From positions 15,004,001 to 15,068,000 of the forward strand of contig OZ059894.1 of the NCBI GenBank assembly GCA_964057225.1: a DNA stretch of 64,000 bases, read 5' to 3'. Source of the DNA: Auanema rhodensis (Eukaryota; Animalia; Nematoda). A program made the translations under genes and the position numbers. The notes beneath the pieces are model-generated. The model made no database searches and was not told where the DNA came from. It saw only the letters and a list, made by a program, of their open reading frames with translations. How positions within the stretch are numbered: the stretch's first letter is position 1; every line of letters begins with the position of its first letter. Below, piece by piece: positions 14,255 to 27,300 of this stretch.

Positions 14255-15413
14255 ATCTGAAGAAGAATGAAGAGGAGATGATGAAAGTAACTCAAAGACT
14301 GTGGAAACGATTGGACATTAAAGTGAAGAATATGAGATAACATGGAACACAAAAAGGATTGATAAATACATAAATAGAACTTGAAGTAAATAAAGGGTAA
14401 AATAACAAGTAAAAAATGAAATAAAAATCCATGGAGTAGTGTTGTCAAACAAAACACTTTAAATATTTGAACTGATTATGACTGAACCGACATATACTTT
14501 TTAACTAGAGGAGCAAAGAAAACTAAACTATATAATATAGTTAATTGAAAACTATGTTGATGTTTATAATATGCCAGAGGTTATAAGAGGGGAGAGAGTA
14601 GACGTATGGAAGAGAAAGATAGAGGTAAGGGGGTACTTGTACAAGACAACACATGGTAATGAAATAAGAACATAGAGAAAACCAATTGAAAACCTGACTT
14701 CTTACAAGAAGTTACGTTTATGAACTGTTCATTGTTGTTTGTAACCAAAAAATGAACATGAAAGCAATGTATGAGTATCATTATGATGAGAAGCTCTTTG
14801 ATGTCAAAAAAATAAAAATAAAACTATAAACACCTAAGGATCATTGTGTTTCTATTTTTCTTAGAATTATGAACATTACATAACTATTGTAGAAACTTGA
14901 TATATAACTTAGAGAGAATTTATACATGAAAAAATACAAAATAATCCTGTAGGACAAGGAAATACAAAGGCAGATTATTTAAAATGTGTCTTAGTACATT
15001 CTATTGAATGTGTTAAAACTGAAGAATAATTTTGTTTTAGATTAGTACCATTATATGTTGATCCTAGCTTGTTTACATGAATTATCAGATTATAAAACTA
15101 GGCATAGTTCAAATAAAATTCTTGTAATACTCAATCTTTTTGATTATTAGTAGATGGTGACAGCGCAAAATCTTGTATAAATATATGATTATCAAGAAAG
15201 TTGACGAAAGAATGGAACAAATCATGGAAAAAGACAAATAGTATTGTTATAATATATTTTCTAGAATTACATTCAATTAGCAATATAAGAAAATTGATTT
15301 AATAAGTAATATGTTGCTAAACATATTTATAAGAAACAATTTTTTAACTTCTGCTGCCTAAAAAGAATTCTTGTATCATTATAAATCGAAATAACTTTGA
15401 ATATGGTATAATT

Positions 15414-16691
15414 TTAGAATGATCCTTGCACAAATGATAAAGTATTTTCGTAAACTACGAAAAGAATTGAATTCACAAGAAAACCACGTATTATTAGAGT
15501 AAGGCCTCCTCGAAAGAAGGCTTGCATGCCTTCAGTTTCATAAATTTTCTTAGCCAACGGCAACATGTTTCTACAAAAAAATGTTTTCTTTTATGTTATC
15601 AGTTAAAGTTTTTTTAAAACAAAGATACAGCTTATTATGTTGGTGAATGTATTTGTTCACAAATACTCTTTCAGTTAGATCCAAAAACAACTTTATGAAA
15701 GTAAATAAACTTACTGCTTTTTGGTAGATTTTGAAGCTTGAATCCGATTTTTCAACATTTCAATTGGGCAAATTGAAAACCAACTTACGCTCCCTGCACA
15801 TCCTCCTGATACAAACTAAAACATTAATTCTAACTAAGAACATATTAGAAGCAAACTTGAGCAGCAGTTTCTTTCATATTTCGTTGTTTAGCTTGTCGTA
15901 GTAAAATTTCATAAACAGGTATATAAGCAATGTATCCAATAACATTTCGTAGAACCATCACATTCCCACCCTAATGCACAATGCATTTGAATCAACAATT
16001 AAAAAATGAGTAGATAGTACTCTAAATAATCCTGTGATTCCATCTCTTTGGTAGGTTTTGATAGCACAATCCTTTGGACCATTGTATAATGGCTTGCTTG
16101 ATGTTGATTTGGCGCTCTCACGTTGAACCTACAGATTAGCATTAGCCTAAGTAGCAGAAAAAAAATCGGAAAACCTGAAGTTTTGTTTTAATTAATTCAA
16201 CAGGAATTTCTGGGGTCACAGCGATCAGAGCTCCAAAGATCGAAGCAGCAATAATCTGAAGGAAAAAAATGTCAGGTGAATACCTATGTACTATTCACAT
16301 TTGAAATTGGTAAATCTTTTCTATCTGTTATATTCAAATCATGTGGATGAAGTATCCGTAAACCAGCACCATATCCAGCGAATAAAATAGATTGAAGAGC
16401 TCCTGTAGTTAAGAACGGAGCCCACATTCCTTTATAAAGCCCGAGGACCTTTCAATAATAAATAAGAAATGTGGAAAAAAAGATAAACTAACAGATTCAT
16501 TATGAATAGTCTTCTTCATACAATCTACGATTCCTGTATAGCTAGCCATCGTTTGAAGTCGAGCTTTAACCGTATCGAAAGGATGTCCAACTATTAAACC
16601 AGCACCTCCTATAACGACATTGGAGATGTAAGATCGAGAGTGCTAGAAAACAAATACCTGCAACCCATCCTGCAATAAAATCTGCATACAT
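15414..16691 (-). CDS. Mitochondrial carrier family protein (SLC25A29/45/48-like)
   Basis: [55 protein letters not shown], and a third P-x-E-x-x-K-x-R-L-Q motif: three carrier signature repeats. Confidence 0.92.
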
Positions 16692-18119
16692 TTCAATTTT
16701 CTAAAATAATACAGTTCTCGGATTAATTCAGTGTATTTCTCAGAAAATTTGAGGAAATAGTTCAAAAACTCTTTTATGACATGTTTTTTTAATCTTATCT
16801 TATCAAGAAAAAGATATAAACGTGATAAAAATGAACATTATTGGTCAAAAATTAAATTTAATAAGATGTCTGGCTTAATCGATTAGAGATATTTTGAATA
16901 TGAACACGAAGAACTGTATTACAATTGAATATATTTATCACTATACTTCTTTCCATATATTGATATCTTACATCAATCTTCAAAAAAAAAAGTTTTTTTT
17001 AGAAAAATTGATTTCTACTACGTGCACAGTTAAGTTTGTTTGCTCAAATCAACTTCGCAGATAGTTTTGTTTTTGAATCGTAGTGACTCGTTAAACCAAA
17101 GTTTTATTGAAAAAAGAAAAGAAAAAAAAGTTGAATGAAAAATTGAAAGAAAATAAAGCAGATAATGTCATAGTAGGATAAGTGATATTGATTAGAGCAC
17201 TAATACAGACTATAGAACTGTTTCAAAAAGGAATGATAAGAAAATATATATATGAGAAGAGTATAAACAACAAACCTGACATTGTCTTACGACCTCCTTG
17301 ATTTGTAACTTCTTTTAAGACATTTGTCTATCACAGACTTATTAGGAAAAAACAGCAAAATGCTATTTAGTTTGTTAGTTGTGTCAGTTTAGAAATCAAT
17401 GACATAACGAGAGTTTAGCTGCCGGGATACGAGGTCACCAATACGCACACACACGGACAACCAACCACCTGGTTTGTCGTTCGTTTCTTTGGCTAGCGAG
17501 AGAGACAAATAGAAATTAAAAAGTTCGGTTAGAATAAGAAAGACAAAAAAAAGAGAGAATAACTGTTTTCTTATGCAGGTTTGACATATAAAACGATCAC
17601 ATGAAATGTTGATTTTTTTGTTTTCAAACAAAAGATTTAAAGATGATCGTCTATAAAGTGAAAACTTGACCTAAAGGACACGAATGTTGTGATTTCGGCA
17701 TTCATCATTAAAAATAAATTTTGCCAACGTTTTTCGAGTATATTAGTAGAATACTGATACAAAGAAATACAAACATTCAAAACTGAAATTAGTATAAATG
17801 TTTATTATTAATCAAACATTTCAATTATATTTATAATATTTACTATGATACAAATTATTTTTTTTACAATGGTGAGATATTTAACTTTGTTTTATCTCAT
17901 ATTATCTATTTATATAAAATAAAAGCTTAAAAACTAAATGGGAATTATATGAACAACCGCTCTTCATTGATATCTGAGTAGAAATAACGTGAAATTCCGT
18001 AAATTTTAATATTATTTGATTTTTAAAATCAATAAATAAATTAAATAAAAGTACCATCAAAATAGCTTTAGATTATTTTGAATTAATAAATTTTGAATTT
18101 ATATAAAAATATATTATTC

Positions 18120-19945
18120 TTAACTATTGCGAATAGTTCTAATATATGGAGCATCCTAAAAATATAATTAATAGACAAATTATTATAACTACTTACTTCA
18201 TCTGGACATTGAAGACGATTGAAAGCAACATTTTCTAAAGCATGCTTCGTTTTCATTCCAACAGGTTCAAGTAGATTGTTCCAAAGCCATGTAGCAAACA
18301 CTCCATTTCCGTATTTAGATAAATGGAATATATCTTCAGCATAAAAAGAAATATCATAGTTTCCATTTTTCTAAGATAAAATTGATTAAAAGTATTAAGA
18401 GCATACTTTTTCTTACATCTCTGACAGGCTCTTTTACATTTTCCAAAAATGGCTGAACAACCACAGCAAAATCTTCAGAAACAAACTTTTCTTCATTTTG
18501 AATTTCATAGGCTTGACGACGATATTCATTACAAAAATGAGCGCGAATATCGATAACTGATGTATCATTACCACATACAGTTCGTTTTCTAAAATTTAAA
18601 TATCTTTAATTTATAAATTTCAAATACTGACCCTTGAACTATTATTGATCTTGCTTCAATAGCAATTTCTGAATTCCACATTCCAATAATAGAAATAATT
18701 GTTTTTGGTAACTCTTTCTTAATTATGGAGATACTTTCTTCTAATTTTGCTTTGTATGTGTTTACAGGAACAGGTGGCTTAAAAACATTTTTAAAATAAA
18801 TTTTTTAGTTCAGCACAAGTCGCTACCTCGATTTTGTAGCAACCTAGATTTCCTAAATCATTTGTTCCTATAAAGATATTGATTAATTTCCATTTGTTTT
18901 GATAGTCAGCTGCGATCTAAATAAAATTCAGTGAAAGTTTATTTAAAACTAAAAACTTACGTATCGTTCTTTGAACAATTTAACTAATTGTTGAGCTTGA
19001 CGTGGCAAATCTTCTACAGTTCGTCCACTCACAGCTACATTTAAGCCAGAATTCGGTCCATATCCCGTTAAATGTGATATCCCCTTTAAGTTTGGATTGA
19101 ACACTCGCAATATATCTTAAATAATTTAATGTTATGTTTTGGCCTTATTTCAAACTTACTAGCTAAAGTTATGTGCCCCGACAGTTTCTCATCACCACCT
19201 GTTGCATAACTGTTACCAAAATAATTTTCTCTATATGGCTCAGAAGATTCATTTTTTGAGCCATAAGCAGCCTTAAAGCATTTTTTGTATTTTTAAAAAA
19301 CAAATTAAAAGCTAAACTGTTATAGAATCTCCAAGCGCAGCTATATATTCAATGTCAGCTGGACTAACATGGTTTACATCCATAGCGCCACTCGATGTAT
19401 GTGATGCACAGTACAATGTCCCACCCCATGGGCTTAAAACTGTAAAATTTTCAAAATTAAGAGAGATTTAAATAATTAAACTTCATAACCTGAATCATTG
19501 AGAGAAAGAATATTATCATCTGTTTTTTCAACACCTTAAAATAAAGATATTCCCATTAAAATGTTTAAGGAATAAAGCAGCATACCTATTCCAGAATAAA
19601 GCAAATATAAACCAACAAAGAATGTACAGAAAAATACAAAAAGAAAACGAAATTTACTCATATTTCTACATAGATGATATGGCAAATCTCCCGAATAGTA
19701 TGCTTTAAAGTTTTCTAAATCCTAAAATATATTTTAGAATTAAAATTATTAAGTGAATGAAAAAAATTACTTCAGCTATCCGTTGATGGTATTGTATGTC
19801 CAAAGACTGATATTGGTATGGCTTTTCCATCTGAAATGGAAAAAATAGACAATAGGCAATAGCAATATTGATTCAATGTGTGATTAAAACTTACAAAAAT
19901 TTCAAATCCAGGATTTAAAGACTGTGGAAATCTATATTGCTTCAT
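18120..19945 (-). CDS. Phospholipase B1-like SGNH/GDSL lipase with N-terminal membrane anchor
   Basis: DIEYIAALGDSIT (block I), TLANILRVFNPNLKG, LNVAVSG, WKLINIFIGTNDL (block III), FAVVVQPF, FYAEDIFHLS (DxxH), WNNLLEPVG, CPD...PYIRTIRNS. 5' exons less certain. Confidence 0.88.
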
Positions 19946-21284
19946 TTTTGGAAATAGAATGTCCTTTTTGTGGAAATCCTCCTAGCTACGTGGAGAGAAG
20001 GATCATTAAAGATGTTATCGAAGACTGTCCCTAAACCCTCAACACCTGATTTTTTGAAGTGAAAGTTTGAGATAATAAGAGGAGGATATGAATATAATGA
20101 AATTTAAGAACAATAGAATTTTTAAAAGTTGAATTCGGAAAATCTGATAGAACTATGTCATTTTAGCTAATTATATAGAAAAGTTAATAATTAATATATT
20201 AAAGATGCAAGTTTTAATAATACAATAAAGACTTGTAGAAACCTAATAACTAAGAATTCTTCAATGTTTTCATACAAATTTGGTTAATCGTATGACTGAC
20301 AGACATGTCGCCTTCATCAATTTATATTCCATGTTTGTTTAATATTGGAATTACGTGGTGAATTTATAAAAATCAAAATATAAAAATATTTATTAATTAA
20401 TTCATTTTATATTAGTTCCGTGTTTCTTCATTAAAATATATAATTACCAATGTTAACTATACTATGAAACAATGTATTGGAACAAAAAAATTGTCAGATT
20501 GTATATGATTTGTGTCGTTCAAACGTTCCGTTTACGCGATTGGTTGGAAATAGCTTGAGAGATACAGGATCTATCTAACCTAAATATTGTATCGTCTAAC
20601 TTTAACAAACAAGTTAAAATCTTTCCAATTTAGAAGTCTTCTGACTTTCTTCTTATCACTAAGTACACACCATTTATTCTTTTCATTCTGTTTTATTCCT
20701 TCTTTGTTTTGAAAAATCATATCAAACAATTTTCTATTTAAGTTTATTGTATATGAATTCTATTTAGAATGTATTATTTTCTCTTTTTGTTTCTGTATTT
20801 ATTAATATGTATAAAGTTTTAAAATTTTTTTGTGGAATAAATAAAAAAAAAAAATGAAAACAACTTGAAGTGAGTAAAGTATACACACTGTATATGGATC
20901 ATCCCCCACAGATTGAATTGGAATTAAATTTTCAAATATTCCGCTATTATATTTAATATTTGTATAAAAAATTTTTATTGTCTATGTCTCTATCATTCAT
21001 AATACTCTATCTGTATGCTACTTTCCTATTGTAATTCTTCTTCTCTATTTATCAAAACAATAATATTGTTTACAATTAAAACAATTGACATTTAAATCTG
21101 TCTCAAGCAAGGATAAAAAAATTTTTTTCAATTATTTGTTTACATATTGCATTCTATTCTCATCTAACATTCAACACCTACCTTATTGAGTTAACTGTTT
21201 TGGTTGATTCAATTGTTCAATTGCCTATAAGTAGCGCAGTTTTTGCTGAGTTTGAATCATCCATCCTACTCAACAGTTTTAGAA

Positions 21285-21907
21285 ATGTTCCGTAAAATCG
21301 CAATTATTTCATTACTCGTATTGGCTTGCACAGTTTCTGCTGCTCGAAAAGTAAGTTTTATATTGAAAAATATAGAATTCATTTCTTAAAAAGATCAATC
21401 AAATAATGAATTTTCTTTTTTCTTCAAATTTTTGTAATGATTTTCAATTGAAAATTAACAGGAATATCAACAGAGAATGCGTACTGTAAGTGTACGAGAT
21501 ATCGTTGATCATGCTACAACTCTTGTCATTCGTCTCAGAGGCTCTGAACTTGCTCAGGAAATTGTGGTATTTTAGTTATTCAAATCTTCGACTATTAATA
21601 ATAATTTATAGAAAATCATTCGTGAATTGAATTCATTGAGTTTAGCTGATGTTATTATGCTTAACAATCCATTCCGTGAAGAAGATAATGAGCTTGTTGA
21701 TTTGGCGAACAAAATTAATAATCTTATCGAGTAATATTATTCACTTCTTCTTATCTTTTCATAAATATGTTTTTCAGCATGATCAGTGAAGATATAACCG
21801 ATCCTAGTGGAGTTGGAGCCTTAATTATGGCTGGAAATGATTTGAAAGTTTACCTTCAAAAGAATCGTAAAATTCAAAATATTTCCAATGAGAAATCATC
21901 ATCTTAA
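21285..21907 (+). CDS. Small secreted alpha-helical protein of unknown function (~140 aa, 4 exons)
   Basis: MFRKIAIISLLVLACTVSAARK signal peptide; open frame across three GT-AG introns; TATA-like ctataa near 21225; ends EKSSS*. Confidence 0.75.
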
Positions 21908-22109
21908 ATATTGATTTCCAACATCTTCTATTTATTTATAAGTAACGAAAATTTAACCTTTAAGTATTTCGTTGTAATTATTAAAATTCATTCAATATAT
22001 TAATCAAGTATTCAATATAATATTATATCTAACCATTTTAATCATATATATATAACTTTCATGTAATAAAATAAATAATTTTAATGTAATATCACATATG
22101 TATTGATAA

Positions 22110-23528
22110 TTATTTTAAATTAGTGTTAGTCAAATCAAAGAAATGATTTAAAACAGCATCAACAACCTGTGGTTCATTAGCAGAAATATAATGACTTGAT
22201 TCAGCTGTCACATTTGTCAAAAAATGTTTTGAATAATGAATAGTGTTGTTCATATTCTAAGATATATCATATTATTCTACTTATGGGAGTATTACTCTTA
22301 GCTAACCATTTCATAACTTATAATTTTTGCTTCTTCCATTGGAACAACTCGATCTTGTACTGAATGTATATGATATATAGGAAACGTTAATCTGAAAGAA
22401 TGGGTATTCCAATATTTGAATCTTGACAATACCGTTTTAAATTTTCAATGCTATTCAAGCTTAAGTTATAATTTTTCAATACTGGATCAATTAATAACTT
22501 AACACTCCAGGGTGACCACCAACTGAATAACTGAAATTTAATTATTTGTAATCTTTTTTTATTTGAAAAAAAAATCAGATAAGACTATTGACGAACTAAT
22601 TTGAAAGAATTTCTGTTAACCATCAAATTCTTTAGCGTGGAAAAACCGGACTCAAAAACGAAACCGTCAATCTTATAGTCCTCGTCTGCCAAAGCCTGCG
22701 CAGCAAATCTGTAACGTGTCCAGAATATTTTTATAAATCTGAAAATACAAAATCTCACCCACAACCTGCTGAATGACCCCACCAAATCACTTTGCTATCC
22801 TGATCAATCTGCTTTCGCATCCAATTGTATACAGTTTTGATATTGTCTATTACTGCTGCCCCAGATGGCTGACCAGGATACTCAGAGAATCCTAAAGTTA
22901 ATTACGTTAATAATATTATAATATAAATCTTATAGAAGAATAACCTTTGTAATCGAAAGTAATAATTACTACATCATGCTTTAATATATTCCTATAGAGT
23001 GCTAGCTTATTCTGGTGATATCTGGAAGTTTGAATGAAGATTTTTCCCGCTTCAAACAAATACCTATTGTTTTTGACACCATGCATGAAAAAAATGACAT
23101 TCTTTTGTTTAAGATAGAATTTTGCTTCTCCTTGATTGTACAACGTACCGTAGTCACCCAAAATCCTGAAATGAGAAATAAGAGATAAAGATATATTTTA
23201 TAGAAATATTTTTATATCTTTACCAAACAGGCACTATTCCATGATCAGAATTCAAATACAGATTTAAGCCACTTATGTTATGATATGAAGGGTTGAAATC
23301 CGAAAGAGTGATACCTTCTGAAATATTATTTTTAATTTTATGATTAAACACATAATCGTATATTGGCTAACCATTTTGGAAAAACATATTAACAAGAATT
23401 TCTCGGTTAAATACTAATATCAAAGGTATAAGGGAGTAAAGAACAATAAGAAAGAAAAATACTCTTGAAATACCAAGGCATAGATAAATTTGCCTCAGTG
23501 ATACTGTATTTTTAGAACAGCCGCTCAT
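22110..23528 (-). CDS. ABHD12-like membrane-anchored alpha/beta hydrolase
   Basis: N-terminal TM helix, VIFFMHGVKNNR, ITFDYKGFSEYPGQPSG, WGHSAG nucleophile elbow, VFESGFS, IHSVQDRVVP, C-terminal His. Confidence 0.88.
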
Positions 23529-24708
23529 ATTTACTTTTAAGAAAAAAATGAAAATATTCTCAAAGCTGTATTACGCTGTAAAAATAACTTAATTTGAATA
23601 TTGAAGAATTTGAAAACAAAACCTAATAGAAAACTTTGCAATTTAGAATAATCTTTGGTTGATTGGCTTTTCTACTTCTGACTTGAACAAAGATTGTCAG
23701 ATGAAGATTGAACCGATTCCATGAATCTTTGAATTGAAATTCAACTTTCAGATCAACCGGTCTATTAGGATTCAAATATGAAATGAAACCAAGGTGATCC
23801 ATTGAAACGGAAAATGTTTGAAGTTGAAATTTGATAATATGCTTACGCTATGTTTCCATTCGAAACGTTCACAGTTTTCGAACCTGAATAGCTTTATGGA
23901 ATCCGAATTAGACCACCTTAATTGAACAAAAACATTCACTTAGAGCAAGTGAAATTGAAATAAAATATAATTTAGAAGTGGTTTATTCATAATTATATAT
24001 TTTTTTATTTCAAACGATAGTAATTAATACTAAAAATCAGGAACATTAATTATTCTGGTATATAGCATATACCATCCCGTAGACATTGTGAAACGACAGT
24101 GATGGATGGCCGATACTGATCTGTGGTTGAGGAGATAAGTTGCAATTTTCGGTCTGTACAGTTTCGGTTTTTCAACTGATTCCATAATCCAGAAGAAAAT
24201 AAGAATTGATTTTAATAAATATGGATAAACTTAGTTAGTTAAATTATAATATAAACTATTAAGGAAGATGAAATTAAATTTGTTAAGCAAAGACAGACAT
24301 GTTGTGATAACTATTAAAACATTTATCTTTTCAAGGTTGTACGCAGCGCGGTAACAATTTACTTCCTGTTAAAGTTATTAAATTCAAAAACTTATATCTA
24401 ACTTTAAGCTGATAGCTGAAAAGCCTGATTTCCTGAAGCTATAATAAATTGATCTGCAACGTTTACTATGAGAGAAACCCATTTCAGCTAAATGATACAG
24501 ATAGTTAACCTGACGACAACTTGCCCCTGTACTCAAATCACACGTCCGTTAGCCAGAAACAAGAAAATCGGATTTGTGCTCGAGGGCAGATGACCATATA
24601 AAAGGCGAAGGAAAATGAGAGGAAAGCATCATCCAATCCTTCCAATCTTCTCTTCTAACTTTTAGCAGCATTTTCATTTAGCAATTACAAACCATTTCAT
24701 TTCAGAAA

Positions 24709-25483
24709 ATGATGAAGTTCTTGCTTTTGGCTGCTATCTGCGGATCTACCACTGCTTTCATGTTCGGTGGTCTTCTCGGAGGAGCTCCTGCTGGATGTGG
24801 AGGATGTGGTAATCCATCACAATTCAAAATACTGAATTACAATAATATAATTTAGGAGCTGCTGCCCCACCAAGCCCATGCGGTTTCGCCGGTGCCCCAC
24901 CAAGCCCATGCGGAGTTGCTGCTGCCCCACCAAGCCCATGCGGAGTCGCCGGTGCCCCACCAAGCCCATGTGGTGTTGCTGCTGCCCCACCAACCAACTC
25001 TTACGCTACTGCCCCAGTCTTTGGAGCCGCCCCAGTCTTCCCAGCTCCAGCTCCAGTTGGAGGATACGCTCAAGCCCCAGTTGCCGCTCCAGTTTTCCCA
25101 GCTCCAGCTCCAGTTGGAGGATACGCTCAAGGCCCAGCTGCCGCTCCAGTCTTCCCAGCTCCAGTTGGAGGATACGCTCAAGGTCCAGTAGCTGCTCCAC
25201 CAACCTACCAAGGCCCAAGCTCTGGATATTCTCAAGCTCCATTCGGTGCTGCCCCACAAACTCAAGTATACACCCAAGTTGCCGCTGCTCCACAAACCCA
25301 AACTTATGCCCAAGGACCAGCTGGTGATTTCCCATCCACCGGATATCAAGGCCAAGGACAGTAAGACAACTTGTTTCAATTACTTTGCTAACTATTTCAA
25401 ATTTTAGATACCAAGCACCAGCTGTTGTTGCTGATATCCCACAAGCCCGTGCTGGATACCCAACTGGAGGACGCAAGAACTGA
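24709..25483 (+). CDS. Secreted Pro/Ala/Gly-rich repetitive protein (cuticle/apical ECM type; AAP and GGYA motifs)
   Basis: tttcag acceptor, then MMKFLLLAAICGSTTAFMFGG...CGGCG, four AAAPPSPCG-type units, three PVFPAP(AP)VGGYAQ units; TATA box catataaaa near 24595; GC-rich, highly-expressed-type codons; AATAAA at 25535. Confidence 0.88.
24858..24991 (+). repeat. Coding 30-bp tandem repeat (~4.5 copies)
   Basis: Unit gc(t/c)g(c/g)tgccccaccaagcccatg(c/t)gg(t/a)(t/g)t(c/t), alternating AAA/AGA variants, encoding A(A/G)APPSPCG(F/V). Confidence 0.9.
25026..25187 (+). repeat. Coding ~51-57 bp tandem repeat (3 copies)
   Basis: ...ccagt(c/t)ttcccagctcca(gctcca)gttggaggatacgctcaag... occurs three times. 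Confidence 0.85.
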
Positions 25484-25572
25484 ATCATCAATACTTAATT
25501 TCACTAAATTGTCTGTATCTACTAAGTTATATGAAATAAATTTTGAATTCTCAATTTGTCTTATTAAATCGA

Positions 25573-26142
25573 CTATAACATCTGAAGAATCTCATCACAA
25601 ATATGGAAAACACTTTTAGTCGAGTAATCGACATCGAATACATCGTTTTCATCTGTAGGCTTCTCCCAAGTAGCAATTTGACTATTCAATAACTCTACGG
25701 GCATGAAGTGGCTGATTCTACGCTTTAAACGATCTTCCAATATTTTTCTATGAAAGAATAAAAAAGTTATAATTCTGAATACTTACAATATCTACCTGTT
25801 CACACAGAGATTAATAAAAACACAATCTAACTCAAAGCGTAAAATAGTTCGGTAAGCAGCTTTTAGTGCCGAGCATGCTATAATAGTTCCTGGGTTTGAT
25901 CGACAATATGAATTTATAGATAACAACCATGGTTTTCTATCAATATCCGTTAAAGGAATTCCTGAGTCAATGAGCAATATTAGATGAAAACCTCATCAAA
26001 AACCTGATGACATCTTTTCCTTATTCGAAACTGAATGAAAATCATCCCCATCTTTGAATCCACGTCCGATTATTTTGGAAAGTTCTAAACCCACGGTTGT
26101 TTTACCACTACCAGAAACCCCAATTAGAAATATAGTTTTCAT
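25573..26142 (-). CDS. Gluconokinase (IDNK/GntK family)
   Basis: IFLIGVSGSGKTT P-loop, DGDDFH, NKEKMSSGIPLTDIDRKPWL, IIACSALKAAYR, RLKRRISHFMPVELLNSQ; two introns. Confidence 0.95.
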
Positions 26143-26234
26143 ACTGAATTGAATTCAAAGGGTTCAAAAAATTGTGAAAAAATATTACGTGGACTAACAC
26201 TTTCATTGTAAAATTTCTTTTAATCAATTAATTT

Positions 26235-26549
26235 TCATTTAACATTTATCTCTATAGGCTTTTTTCCGACTAAATTGTGAAAAGGAGGAAAATAAAACCA
26301 TCGAGCTGCACCCAAATAAAATGAAGCTGAAAATTAAATATATAAATATCAAAGGGAAAAGAAAAATAATAACAAACCTAAGGCTAAACTCCTAACACCA
26401 AACTGAATATATGGTCTTTTAGTATAAAATCCACCACTTGATTGATATAATATAAAACATCCAATAAAGGATAAACTTAATGTTCCTGTAACTTTACACT
26501 CAAAACAATCTTTTTGTAAAATGTTCTCAGCTAATTGCGGTTTATCCAT
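26235..26549 (-). CDS. DMAC1/TMEM261 (DUF4536)-like small membrane protein
   Basis: QKDCFECKVTG CxxC motif followed by two hydrophobic helices; one phase-1 intron at 26327-26377; ttttag directly before ATG. Confidence 0.7.
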
Positions 26550-26664
26550 CTAAAAGTTTGGAATATACACAATATAAATATAATTGCTTGAAGTAGTTGA
26601 TTGAACGAATCCTTTCACTTCTATGAAAAAATATTAAAAGTATATATTTATTGCTAAGAAAGTA

Positions 26665-27006
26665 TTAATCTTTTTTGAGAGAAATTTTCTCTTTAACAAA
26701 AAAGTTGAAAGGAAATATTCCGAACTCATTAGCTACTGACAAATACAAACACCCTTAATATGATAATAAGATAAATATAAGAAGAAATCCACCATACCTA
26801 CGGAACCTAAAACATGAGCACCACGTTGCTTATGAGTTAAAAACTGATTTGTGCAAGCTCTAGAGGAAAAAAATCAATGTTGAATATACAACAACTAACT
26901 ACCTTATAAATAATAGGGTTGCAGCTCCTGTAGTTCCATACTGAATACCTGTAAACAATGAAAACTTCCCAGATTTAGCCTCAAGTTGTTTCTGGCCTTC
27001 TGTCAT
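26665..27006 (-). CDS. Small two-TM protein, divergent paralogue of the adjacent DMAC1-like gene (~85 aa, 3 exons)
   Basis: MTEGQKQLEAKSGKFSLFTGIQYGTTGAATLLFIR|ACTNQFLTHKQRGAHVLGSV|GCLYLSVANEFGIFPFNFFVKEKISLKKD*; two short introns (~42-44 nt). Absent from the ORF track. Confidence 0.65.
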
Positions 27007-27300
27007 CTCTGATAAAACACCAATATTAAAGAACATACAAATCCGAAAAACATTTGTGTAAAGACTAATACATTAAAAAAACTTAAAGAGAAAATAATAC
27101 GTTCATTGAAACAGAATTTACGAAAACAAAAAGAAATAACCACAAGCAATTCCAAAAACGAGGAAACCCATGAAGAAGGCAATCGAGCCCAAACGCTCGA
27201 CAGTTTCGGTACTTGTAATCAGATCACCAAAAACAAAAAACAAAATATCAACAAACTTCCTTGACACTCGATCTTCTAACGAAAAATCTTCCTCTTCTAG

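Noticed and set aside
17218-17225. CTGTTTCA piRNA (Ruby) motif copies scattered through the window
   Set aside because: Only a handful in 64 kb, some inside genes; far too sparse for a piRNA cluster.
24852-25491. Overlapping Trp-rich, Cys-rich and Gln/Leu-rich ORFs in the ORF track
   Set aside because: Shadow frames of the repetitive Pro/Ala/Gly gene; only one frame joins the signal-peptide exon.
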